Positions 7,528-15,256 of a stretch of 32,000 nt of DNA are shown here, piece by piece. The position numbers and the translations under genes are program-made. This stretch comes from Candidatus Peribacter riflensis (GTDB lineage: Bacteria > Patescibacteriota > Gracilibacteria > Peribacterales > Peribacteraceae), in NCBI GenBank assembly GCA_001430755.1, contig CP013062.1, positions 90,001 to 122,000 on the forward strand, given 5' to 3'. Each line of letters starts with the position of its first letter. Position 1 is the stretch's first letter. The notes under the pieces were generated by a model, which was not told where the DNA came from, searched no databases, and saw only the letters and a program-made list of their open reading frames with translations.

Positions 7528-9633
7528 TCATTCCCTCCGGTTTCCCGTACTGTTCGGGCGATTTTCATCTTCATCTTCATCGTCATCATCATTCTCATCG
7601 TCAGTATTCTGCCGGGAGGATGAGGAGGAAAAGGAGGGGGGACAGGGGGGGAGGGGCGGCACCGAGAACCCGCACTGGGGGTACTTTTCGATCACGTCCT
7701 CGATCTGGTGCTGCACATCCTCGAACAATTGCTTCTCCCACCCGCTCACCTGGTTCCAGTTGCGGCAGCGCCGTTGTTCGTAATCCCGCAGAAGATTGGC
7801 GAACAGGGGACGCATGATCGGGCACACGACATCCTTCTCGCACTGCTCAATGGGCGGGGGGAAGGGGAAGGAACAGTTGGGATGCCGCAGGCGCAGGGCT
7901 TCCATCTTCCGCTTCAGCTCCTCCATCTTATTCGTATCGCACCGGTGCATTCTGCCCCAGAGGTTGCGCAATTCGTCGAAACCCCGGACGTGCTCCATGA
8001 ATTCCTTTTGCTGTTCCTCGCAGGCTGCGCGGGAGGAACGCGAGGAGGAAGAGGGGCGAGAGCTGCGGGAGGAGACGGAGGAGGCGGCGCAGGTGCAGAA
8101 CGACGTGCACACTCCTGCGGGACATCCCAGATTCGGCTCGCACTCTTCGCCCACTTCAAGAAGCCCGTTGCCGCAGACCGGGCCGGCCGCAACCGACGAT
8201 TGCGCGCTGGAAGCGGCAAGGGAGGAAGACGAAGACGCAGGCGGCGGGGCACAGCCTTCATCTACCGCACCGTCACAGTCATCATCGATCTGATTGTCAC
8301 AGACTTCAGGGGCGAGAGGCGAGATCTGCGCGTCGTCATCATTGCAGTCCATCGGAAGGGGCGAACCGTCGCTATCCATGTCACGTGCATGCTGCACTGT
8401 CACGTAGGCATCGACGCGGCCGAAACCGTAGGACTCATCAAATCCGGCGTTCCCCAGATCGTAGGCGGTCGCCGCGAGGATGGCACGTGTCTGATCGGGC
8501 GTGAGGGCGGGGTTCGCGCCGCGCACGAGGGCGGCGATGCCGGCCACGTGGGGGGCGGCCATGCTCGTGCCGCTCCACCAGCCGAAGCCCGCCTCGGGGC
8601 AGGTGGAAGAAACAGCGCAGGGCAGTGAAGAGAGAATACCCAGTCCCGGAGCCATGAGATCCAGTGCCGGACCGTCCCCTGACCAGGGCTGGCGCACGTT
8701 GTTGCGGTCCAGCGCCCCCACAGAGACAGCCTTCGAGGCGCAGCCCGGCGTCGAAACCCCCGGAGCCGTCTGGGCGCCATTGCCGGCGGCCGCTACCACG
8801 AGCACGCCCTGATTGGCGGCCCAGTTCGCCTTGTCGGCGAGGGGGTCGAAGTCACAGTGGTTCATGAACGAGCCGCCGCCCAAACTCATGTTGATCACTT
8901 TGGCTCCATGCGTCACCGCCCACTCGATGCCTGCCAGAATATCGCCCTCGGCGCACCAGCCGGAATCGCTGCAGACCTTGACGATGAGCAGGTCCAGTTC
9001 GGGGGCGGTACCGAGGATGCGGTTGTTGCCCAGCTCATCGGCGTGCACCGCCGCTCCTGCACCGGCGACGATGCCGGCCACATGTGTTCCGTGTCCGTTG
9101 CCGTCCGCGGGGGAGCTCCCCACGACGAAGGAAGTCTGCTCCACAACGCGGCTCGAGATCTCGGGATGACTGGCGTCGATACCGGTATCGAGAATGGCTA
9201 CGCGCACGCCGGTCCCCTTGGTGCCCTGTTCCTGCAGGACCGCCACATTCACCTGGCTGACCGAGAACAGATCCTGCGTCTTGAAGACACGCTCCTCATT
9301 CGCCCCCGCGATGAGCGTGTTTTCGGGGCATTTGAGCACGACATCGTCATTGAGCCAGCGCTTGGCGCGGCACCCTTTGAGGAGCGCGGAGAAGACGTCT
9401 TTCGGCGATTTGGATCCGAGCAGAACCCGTTTCTCATTCTGTGCGCAGAGGCCCACTTCTTTGCAGGTGTGAATCTCACTGTCTTTCTCGCGACGGTTCT
9501 CGCCTTCGATTCTGCCGTTCACCTGGGCGGCGGGCTGCGGGGCCGCTTCCGCCGGAAGGGAGAGAGCGAGAGAGAAGGAGGACAGGACAACGATGCCGCA
9601 GAGGGCGGCGAGGAGGGTGGTGCGGTTTTGCAT
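7528..9633 (-). CDS. Secreted subtilisin-like serine protease (peptidase S8) with long Cys/Ser/acidic C-terminal extension
   Basis: Signal peptide LLAALCGIVVLSSFSLALSLPAEA. Catalytic triad motifs AILDTGID, HGTHVAGI and GTSMAAPHVAG. The C-terminal ~290 aa contain DSDG..CNDDD..CDNQIDDDCDGAVDEGC, CGNGLLEVGEEC, poly-Ser tracts, a helical Cys-containing domain and a DDENDDDDEDEDE tail. Confidence 0.9.
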   Translation of the reverse strand: MQNRTTLLAALCGIVVLSSFSLALSLPAEAAPQPAAQVNGRIEGENRREKDSEIHTCKEVGLCAQNEKRVLLGSKSPKDVFSALLKGCRAKRWLNDDVVLKCPENTLIAGANEERVFKTQDLFSVSQVNVAVLQEQGTKGTGVRVAILDTGIDASHPEISSRVVEQTSFVVGSSPADGNGHGTHVAGIVAGAGAAVHADELGNNRILGTAPELDLLIVKVCSDSGWCAEGDILAGIEWAVTHGAKVINMSLGGGSFMNHCDFDPLADKANWAANQGVLVVAAAGNGAQTAPGVSTPGCASKAVSVGALDRNNVRQPWSGDGPALDLMAPGLGILSSLPCAVSSTCPEAGFGWWSGTSMAAPHVAGIAALVRGANPALTPDQTRAILAATAYDLGNAGFDESYGFGRVDAYVTVQHARDMDSDGSPLPMDCNDDDAQISPLAPEVCDNQIDDDCDGAVDEGCAPPPASSSSSLAASSAQSSVAAGPVCGNGLLEVGEECEPNLGCPAGVCTSFCTCAASSVSSRSSRPSSSSRSSRAACEEQQKEFMEHVRGFDELRNLWGRMHRCDTNKMEELKRKMEALRLRHPNCSFPFPPPIEQCEKDVVCPIMRPLFANLLRDYEQRRCRNWNQVSGWEKQLFEDVQHQIEDVIEKYPQCGFSVPPLPPCPPSFSSSSSRQNTDDENDDDDEDEDENRPNSTGNRRE

Positions 9634-9729
9634 GGGAGAAAGTGTACCCTCTGGCGATTCCTCCCGCTTTTTTGTGTGCAGAGTCGTGGTGCGAATACGA
9701 AAGAGTATTGTAGAATACTTTTTCTCTCT

Positions 9730-11184
9730 ATGGAAGAACTACACCATGAATGCGCTGTGGCTGGAGCGGTGGATCTCGCGGGCACGCGGGATGTCGTTCC
9801 CATGGTCGTCGCAATGGCCAAAGAGCTCGACCATCGCGGTGGATGCGCTGCGGGCATTGCCGTGCCGAAGAACGGTGCATTCCATGTCATGAAGGATAAC
9901 GGCCATGCCGCGGAGGTTCTGACGCCGCGCCGCCTTCGGGGAATTTCGGCTTCATCCGCAATCGCCCATGATCGCTATGCCACGATGGGGCCTGAGGATC
10001 CCTCCCTCGCACAGCCCGAAGTGCAGAAGTCCCGCAAGCACGGAGAACGTTTTGCATTCGGCTGGAACGGCAATCTTGCCAATGCCGAGGAATTGCGGGA
10101 GGAGGCATCCCGGCGCGGTTCCGTCTTGAAGACACAGGGCGATACCGAGCTTCTCAAGCTCCAGATTCTCCACGGTATCCAGAAATACACTGTTCATGAC
10201 CTTGCGGCCGTGTTCGGTGATGTGGAGGAGAAGGTGGATGGATCATTCAATGTTGTGATGCTCCTGCCCGACGGAACACTCGCTGCATACCGTGACAAGC
10301 AGGGAAGGCATCCGCTGAACTATACGGAGGAAGCCGTCGTTGCATCCGAAGATACAGCCATCCGCGCAGTCCGACCGCAAGCACGCGTCATGCCGATCAA
10401 GCCGGGCGAACTGTTCGTCGCCAACCATGACGGCATCCGGTTGACGCAGGTCGCCGAGCCCGATCCGCACCGTTGTTTCTTTGAGTGGGTGTACTTCTCG
10501 AACTGGCAGTCCCGCTTCGACGGGATGAGTATAGGGTCCGCGCGCCAGGCATGCGGCCGGATTCTGGCGCTGCTCGATACGGTCTCACCGGAGGGGAGCG
10601 TCGTGGTGGCTGTGCCGGATTCCGCGCGCAAGGCAGCCGAAGCCTACGCACACGAGAAGAAATGGCCGTTCGAGGAGGAAGGTCTCACCAACCTGCTCCC
10701 CGGACAGCGCACCTTCACCACCAGTGATCCCGCGCGCACCGATAAGGCGCGCCGGAAGTACGGCATCCGTCGCGATCGCCTGGAGGGCAAGACCATCATC
10801 CTCGTCGATGACAGCCTCGTGCGCGGCACCACCATGCGCGAGCTCATCCGGCGGCTCCGGAAGGAGGGAGGGGTTTCGCAGATTCACCTGCGGCTCGCCT
10901 GCCCGCCGATCCTTTCGCCGTGTTACTACGGCATCGATTTTCCCGAGATAAAACAACTCATCGCGCGTCACAACTTCAACGGCACGCTCCGTTCGGGCGT
11001 GCTCCCTCCCGAAGTGCTGCAGCTCATCGCGGCGCGGTTGGGGGTCGACTCCATCCAGTTCCTCCCCGTCGAGGCGACGGCGCTCGCAATCGGTTTCCAG
11101 ATGCGCTCTCTCTGCATGGCGTGCGTGACCGGGCAGTACCCCACACAGGCGGGAAACCAGAGGTCGCAGCAGCACTGCTCGTGA
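9730..11184 (+). CDS. purF: Amidophosphoribosyltransferase-like protein (PurF family, [4Fe-4S]/propeptide type)
   Basis: The ORF track entry 8857..11184 is extended antisense through the S8 gene, so I take the in-frame ATG at 9730. MEELHHE precedes the nucleophile Cys (CAVAG), like a short propeptide. Further motifs: FGWNGNLAN, VVAVPDSARKAAEAYA, the PRPP loop IILVDDSLVRGTT, SPCYYGIDFP and the C-terminal CMACVTGQYP. Confidence 0.85.
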   Translation: MEELHHECAVAGAVDLAGTRDVVPMVVAMAKELDHRGGCAAGIAVPKNGAFHVMKDNGHAAEVLTPRRLRGISASSAIAHDRYATMGPEDPSLAQPEVQKSRKHGERFAFGWNGNLANAEELREEASRRGSVLKTQGDTELLKLQILHGIQKYTVHDLAAVFGDVEEKVDGSFNVVMLLPDGTLAAYRDKQGRHPLNYTEEAVVASEDTAIRAVRPQARVMPIKPGELFVANHDGIRLTQVAEPDPHRCFFEWVYFSNWQSRFDGMSIGSARQACGRILALLDTVSPEGSVVVAVPDSARKAAEAYAHEKKWPFEEEGLTNLLPGQRTFTTSDPARTDKARRKYGIRRDRLEGKTIILVDDSLVRGTTMRELIRRLRKEGGVSQIHLRLACPPILSPCYYGIDFPEIKQLIARHNFNGTLRSGVLPPEVLQLIAARLGVDSIQFLPVEATALAIGFQMRSLCMACVTGQYPTQAGNQRSQQHCS

Positions 11185-11682
11185 TCAGCGCGTGATCGCT
11201 GTTCCCAGCACAGATCCGGATGTCTCTACACTGGTGCGTTCCCTTTCGCAGCTGCCGACCGTGACCGTCCCGTCGGTGTTGCGATTGACGAAGTAGCGCG
11301 TGTCGTGCGTCGACCCGCTCTTGGGGTCTAAGGGCAGCTGTCCGATAGAGGGCTGCAAGACGGTATCGAAATCGGTAATGGCGCAGTTCGTTGCGGCAAC
11401 ACGCTGCCCTTCGCACTCGATGGAGGTGCAGGGGCCGGGATTTTCGCCGATGATCTGCACGGTTTCGGGCAGCGTATCGATGCTGGCGGGGAGCTGGCCG
11501 GTGTCTTCACGGTGGCGCTGCAACGCATCCATGATCTGTGTCACATCCGCCAGACGTTGCTTGTTGCGCCCGCTCTGAATGCGGCCCGCCGGATCGGCGA
11601 AGATGAAGATAGCGACTGCGAGCAGGGCCAGCAGCGCGAGGGCGACGGTGAATTTGGTCAGAGTAAAGCCGGGTTGTCGCAT
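11185..11682 (-). CDS. Type IV pilin/pseudopilin-like protein with atypical N-terminus
   Basis: MRQPG-FTLTKFTVALALLALLAVAIFIF resembles a prepilin cleavage/methylation motif plus hydrophobic helix, but position +5 is Lys rather than Glu. It converges on purF with zero gap: the two stop codons form TGATCA. Confidence 0.6.
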   Translation of the reverse strand: MRQPGFTLTKFTVALALLALLAVAIFIFADPAGRIQSGRNKQRLADVTQIMDALQRHREDTGQLPASIDTLPETVQIIGENPGPCTSIECEGQRVAATNCAITDFDTVLQPSIGQLPLDPKSGSTHDTRYFVNRNTDGTVTVGSCERERTSVETSGSVLGTAITR

Positions 11683-11785
11683 GAGAGGGGAGAGGGGAAC
11701 TGTCTGGAGTCTAGCCCCAAAGATGCGGCCGCAGGAAGGATAGTTTTCGCTTTAGTTTTTTTGTGCGCAGAGTCAGAATAGCCGT

Positions 11786-11968
11786 GTGGAACTCCTCAGC
11801 CTTGCCCTCATTATCGTGCTCATCGGAGCGCTGCTCTCGATCGGCTGGCAGCTGGCTCCGCTCATCCTCATCGGGGGCATCGTGTACGCGGGTGTGCGGT
11901 ACCGACGTCAGATTCCCGGCGCCATTCGGGGGCTCTGGAAAGCAATACGCTCGCACTTCAAGAAATAG
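11786..11968 (+). CDS. Small two-helix membrane protein (60 aa), hypothetical
   Basis: GTG start. Two hydrophobic segments (LLSLALIIVLIGALLSIGW, LAPLILIGGIVYAGV) and a basic C-terminal tail. It sits in an otherwise empty 300-nt intergenic gap. Confidence 0.5.
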   Translation: MELLSLALIIVLIGALLSIGWQLAPLILIGGIVYAGVRYRRQIPGAIRGLWKAIRSHFKK

Positions 11969-11980
11969 GATTGGAAAAGC

Positions 11981-12778
11981 TCACAGATGTGCTGCGTCCA
12001 TAGACTGTTGGTAGTCCGTGATCCGCTTTTTTCGTTCGTCGAGTGACAGTGTCGAGATGATCCCCGGGCCGGCGATGCAGCCGCCTTCGCAGAACAGTAC
12101 GTCCACGAAGCGGATCGTGGGATTCCTCTCGAATTCCTCGAGCACAGCGGGGATCTGCTTGTAGCCCGAGATGATGCGTATTTCCTCCTCTTTGAGGATT
12201 CCTTTGAGCCCGCTCGTGATCGTGAGGCCGCCATCCATGGGGTAGATCCTCGTTGCGGCGGCAGCCACATCGAATGCCGCGTTCGCGGTGTCTGCGTCTT
12301 CGCCGATCTTGAAATGCTCCAGCACTGCGTCGAGCTCCTTGTACGTGAGCACGAGGATGTTCAGATCCGGATAGTCTTCGGATGCTTCCATCTTCTTGGC
12401 GAAGCAGGGGCCGATGAAGACCGGCTGGCAGTTGGGGTACTTCTCTTTGGCGATGCGTGCCGTCGCCACCATGGGCGAGTCGGCTGCGAGGGCGAGGTAT
12501 GGGAGGAGCTGTGGATGACTCTTGCGCACGAGACGCACGAATCCGGCGCAGGGGCTTGCGATGTAGCGGGCGTGCGGATTCTTCTTCAGCAGCGCGATCA
12601 CCTGCTCGTTGGTTTTCACCGCTCCCGCCGAAACCTCGAGCACTGCGGCGAATCCCAGCTTCTTCAAGCGGGCGACGATGAGGGGATAGGTGTAGACGAC
12701 GGGAAAAGACGGCGCGAGCAGGGCGACGAGAGGCGCCTTGTTCTTCAGAAGCGCGATGCAGCGCTCAATGTCATTCAT
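11981..12778 (-). CDS. [FeFe]-hydrogenase large-subunit C-terminal (H-domain)-like protein, minimal 265-aa form
   Basis: The three H-domain signature regions are recognisable: ASPCAGF (variant of TSCCPxW), GPCFAKKMEA (MPCxxKxxE) and VLFCEGGCIAGPG (ExMxCxxGCxxG). The N-terminal VALLAPSFPVVY is typical of the domain start. Confidence 0.7.
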   Translation of the reverse strand: MNDIERCIALLKNKAPLVALLAPSFPVVYTYPLIVARLKKLGFAAVLEVSAGAVKTNEQVIALLKKNPHARYIASPCAGFVRLVRKSHPQLLPYLALAADSPMVATARIAKEKYPNCQPVFIGPCFAKKMEASEDYPDLNILVLTYKELDAVLEHFKIGEDADTANAAFDVAAAATRIYPMDGGLTITSGLKGILKEEEIRIISGYKQIPAVLEEFERNPTIRFVDVLFCEGGCIAGPGIISTLSLDERKKRITDYQQSMDAAHL

Positions 12779-13298
12779 GGGTGGAGCGCAGAAAGCTCAG
12801 GATGCCGAGGGCGAGCAGCCCTCCCGCAAGTGCGGTGAAGAACTGCAGCAGGCTCATCGACTGCAAGAAGAGTGCGGGCACGAGGTCCAGACGTAAAAAG
12901 AGGAGAGCGGAGAGCGCGAGGAACGTCGCTTTGATCAGGGCTCCGGAAGCCATGGCGATCGGAGCGGGCACCGAAGGTTTCAGGAGCAGGAACGATGCGG
13001 TGAACAGCCAGTTGCCCGCCCAGATGAAGGGGACGAAGAAGACGAGGAAGCTCGTGAAAGGACCGAAGAGCGCCCCGTGTGCCACGGCGCCCAGGCTCGG
13101 CAGAATGATCACGGGCCAGACGAACTGCCGTGGCAGACGCGCGGCCGCGAGGAGAAGCAGGCAGTTCACGGCCGTCCCCGTAAGCCACTGTGGGCCCGAG
13201 ACGAGGAAGGGGATGGCGAACGCCACGACGGGCAAGAGCAGGGCCCCCTGAGTGGAGGTGAGCGTTCCGGCTACAGCGAATGCAGATGTACGTTTCAT
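12771..13298 (-). CDS. Polytopic membrane protein (175 aa, ~5-6 TM), function unknown
   Basis: Almost entirely hydrophobic helices. Its stop overlaps the start of the hydrogenase-like gene by 8 nt, which suggests an operon with translational coupling. Confidence 0.75.
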   Translation of the reverse strand: MKRTSAFAVAGTLTSTQGALLLPVVAFAIPFLVSGPQWLTGTAVNCLLLLAAARLPRQFVWPVIILPSLGAVAHGALFGPFTSFLVFFVPFIWAGNWLFTASFLLLKPSVPAPIAMASGALIKATFLALSALLFLRLDLVPALFLQSMSLLQFFTALAGGLLALGILSFLRSTHE

Positions 13299-13456
13299 GG
13301 CGTCGTCATCGTATCGGAACGGATCTTCTTTTGCATGCCGGTTTCCGCAGGTGATGGTGCCGCCGGAGGAAATTTTTGCCCATCACATCTTGCTCCGCGT
13401 ACTTCGTGAGTTTCTCCCAGGCGGGTTCACGTAATGCTGCCGGATGGCAGAATGGG

Positions 13457-14137
13457 CTATTGCAGAACAGCGCACACGGCCAGAAAGTGGCAGGCGCTCC
13501 CGCCAAGGACCATCAGGTGCCAAGCCGTATGCGCGAGGAATTTTCGGCTCATGAAGAAGAGCACGCCAGCCGAGTAGAGGATTCCTCCGGCGAAGAGCCA
13601 CGCGATGCCGACGGCGGGCAGGCGCTCGAGCATCGGGACGATCGCGATCACCGAGAGCCATCCCATGCCGAGATAGAGCACGCAGGTGAGCACCGGAAAC
13701 TTCCGCACCGAGAGGTTGACCAGCAGGATGCCGACGAGAGCGAGACCCCAGATCACCCCGAAGAGGCTCCATCCCCATCCTCCGCGCAGGGCGACGAGGG
13801 CGAAGGGCGTGTAGGTTCCGGCAATGAGCACGTAGATCGTCGAGCGGTCGATGAGCTGCAACAGACGGCCTGCCTTTGTCCCTTTCAGGCTGTGGTAGAG
13901 CGTGGAGGCGAGGTAGAGCGAAACCAGGGCCGCTCCGTAGAGACTCACCGCCGTCACCTGCCGCGCGCTTCCCTGGTCCGCGGTCCACACGACGAGGAGC
14001 ACCAGTGCGGCGACGCTCAATCCGAACCCCGCCGCGTGGGTGATGCTGTTCGCCGCCTCCTCGATTCGTCGTCCGCGCATGAACCACCATTGTACGGTGG
14101 CGATGCGGATGAGGGCAATGCGGCAACCTCCTTTCAT
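13457..14137 (-). CDS. Hemolysin III / PAQR family membrane protein
   Basis: EEAANSITHAAG, STLYH, DRSTIYVLIAGTYTPF and HTAWHLMVLGGSACH match the hlyIII/PAQR His/Asp signature. The ATG overlaps the upstream stop as ATGA (14134-14137). Alternative start M20 at 14080. Confidence 0.85.
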   Translation of the reverse strand: MKGGCRIALIRIATVQWWFMRGRRIEEAANSITHAAGFGLSVAALVLLVVWTADQGSARQVTAVSLYGAALVSLYLASTLYHSLKGTKAGRLLQLIDRSTIYVLIAGTYTPFALVALRGGWGWSLFGVIWGLALVGILLVNLSVRKFPVLTCVLYLGMGWLSVIAIVPMLERLPAVGIAWLFAGGILYSAGVLFFMSRKFLAHTAWHLMVLGGSACHFLAVCAVLQ

Positions 14138-15171
14138 TCCACGACGGTGGCGGCGGCACGCGTCGTGCTGTTCATGGCTTCCAGCGGCACGTCATCCGGC
14201 AGACGCAGGGCATTGAGAATCTGGAAGAGGAGGAACAATCCGTAGAGAACCAGAAGGATGCTGCCTTCCGTGCGGGAGAGCTTCTCCTTCGTCCGCGCGA
14301 AGAGGAAGAAGAGCGTAAACCCGATGGCAGAGACGGCGCACGTCAGCACTGCCTCGCTCATGATAATGGTGAATGCGCCGTTGGCGATGGCGAGCACACC
14401 GAAGATGAGCGTGTTGGCGGCAGCCGAACCCATGTAGTCGCCGAAGGCGATATCCTTGTGGCGGCCCAGCACGCAGCGCAGGGCGACGACGAGCTCGGGG
14501 AAATTGGTGCCGATCGAGAGCAGGAGGAGCCCGACGAAGGAGAGTGGCAGATGGAGCAGGCGGGCGAAGTAGGCTGATTCATCCACCAGCACGTTTCCTG
14601 CGATGAAGATGAGCGCAGCCCCCAGGATGATTTTCGCGATATCCATCGCCGTGGCATACCGCGTGCGGGTGAGCGTCTCTTTGGTTTCGCGCAGGGCTTT
14701 GGATGCCGTTTCGCGGGCGGGGACTTTCTTGCGGATGCGGAGGATGAGACCTCCGTAGAGCAGCAGCATGAATGCGCCCTCGTACGGCATGATTGTTCCG
14801 TCGAGCGCGAACAGGGCGGGCAGCAGGACGACGAAGAGGAGCAGTGCGACCGTGCTGGGCAGCATGACGCGCGTCATCGGCACGCCGTTCCCGAGCACAG
14901 CGAGGAGCGGGATAATGAAGAGGATGATGACGAGCGATGCTCCCTGCAGGTTCCCCGCCGAGACCTGCGGGATGCCCTGTGCGGTGGCGTTCACCGCAAC
15001 CGACATTTCACTGATGGAGGTGAGGAACCCGAGTACGAAGAAGGCCACGGCGAAGCCGGGCTTGTGGTAGCGTTTGGCCACCTGATCCGTGGCATCGATC
15101 AGGATGCCCGAGAGGAACCAGATGACGCTCGTTGCCAGCAGGAACGACAGGATGTGTGTGAGGACCGGCAT
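14134..15171 (-). CDS. Ca2+/cation antiporter (CaCA, YrbG-like Na+/Ca2+ exchanger family)
   Basis: About 10 TM helices. Two alpha-repeat-like motifs (GFLTSISEMSVAV and SIGTNFPELVVAL) are separated by a charged loop. Confidence 0.8.
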   Translation of the reverse strand: MPVLTHILSFLLATSVIWFLSGILIDATDQVAKRYHKPGFAVAFFVLGFLTSISEMSVAVNATAQGIPQVSAGNLQGASLVIILFIIPLLAVLGNGVPMTRVMLPSTVALLLFVVLLPALFALDGTIMPYEGAFMLLLYGGLILRIRKKVPARETASKALRETKETLTRTRYATAMDIAKIILGAALIFIAGNVLVDESAYFARLLHLPLSFVGLLLLSIGTNFPELVVALRCVLGRHKDIAFGDYMGSAAANTLIFGVLAIANGAFTIIMSEAVLTCAVSAIGFTLFFLFARTKEKLSRTEGSILLVLYGLFLLFQILNALRLPDDVPLEAMNSTTRAAATVVE

Positions 15172-15190
15172 GAGAGTGAGTGTTTTAGAT

Positions 15191-15219
15191 ATTATACAAT
15201 ATAAAACTATAAATGTCCA
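15191..15219 (-). promoter_or_regulatory. Sigma70-type promoter for the antiporter/hlyIII operon
   Basis: The minus strand reads TGGACA (15219-15214), a 17-nt spacer, then TATAAT (15196-15191), in an AT-rich 85-nt gap. The ATG lies 19 nt after the -10. Confidence 0.55.
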
Positions 15220-15256
15220 TTTCGCACATCAGACACAGAAAGCGATGGAGCTCTGC

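Noticed and set aside
8857-9729. N-terminal 291 codons of the 775-aa ORF 8857..11184
   Set aside because: They lie antisense to the well-supported S8 protease gene and show no PurF similarity. The PurF homology starts at the in-frame ATG at 9730, just before the nucleophile Cys. The extension is a GC-rich shadow ORF.
13306-13506. 66-aa minus-strand ORF, or a 25-aa basic peptide MGKNFLRRHHHL..., upstream of the membrane/hydrogenase-like operon
   Set aside because: It overlaps the hemolysin-III C-terminus out of frame. There is no supporting motif or conservation evidence available.
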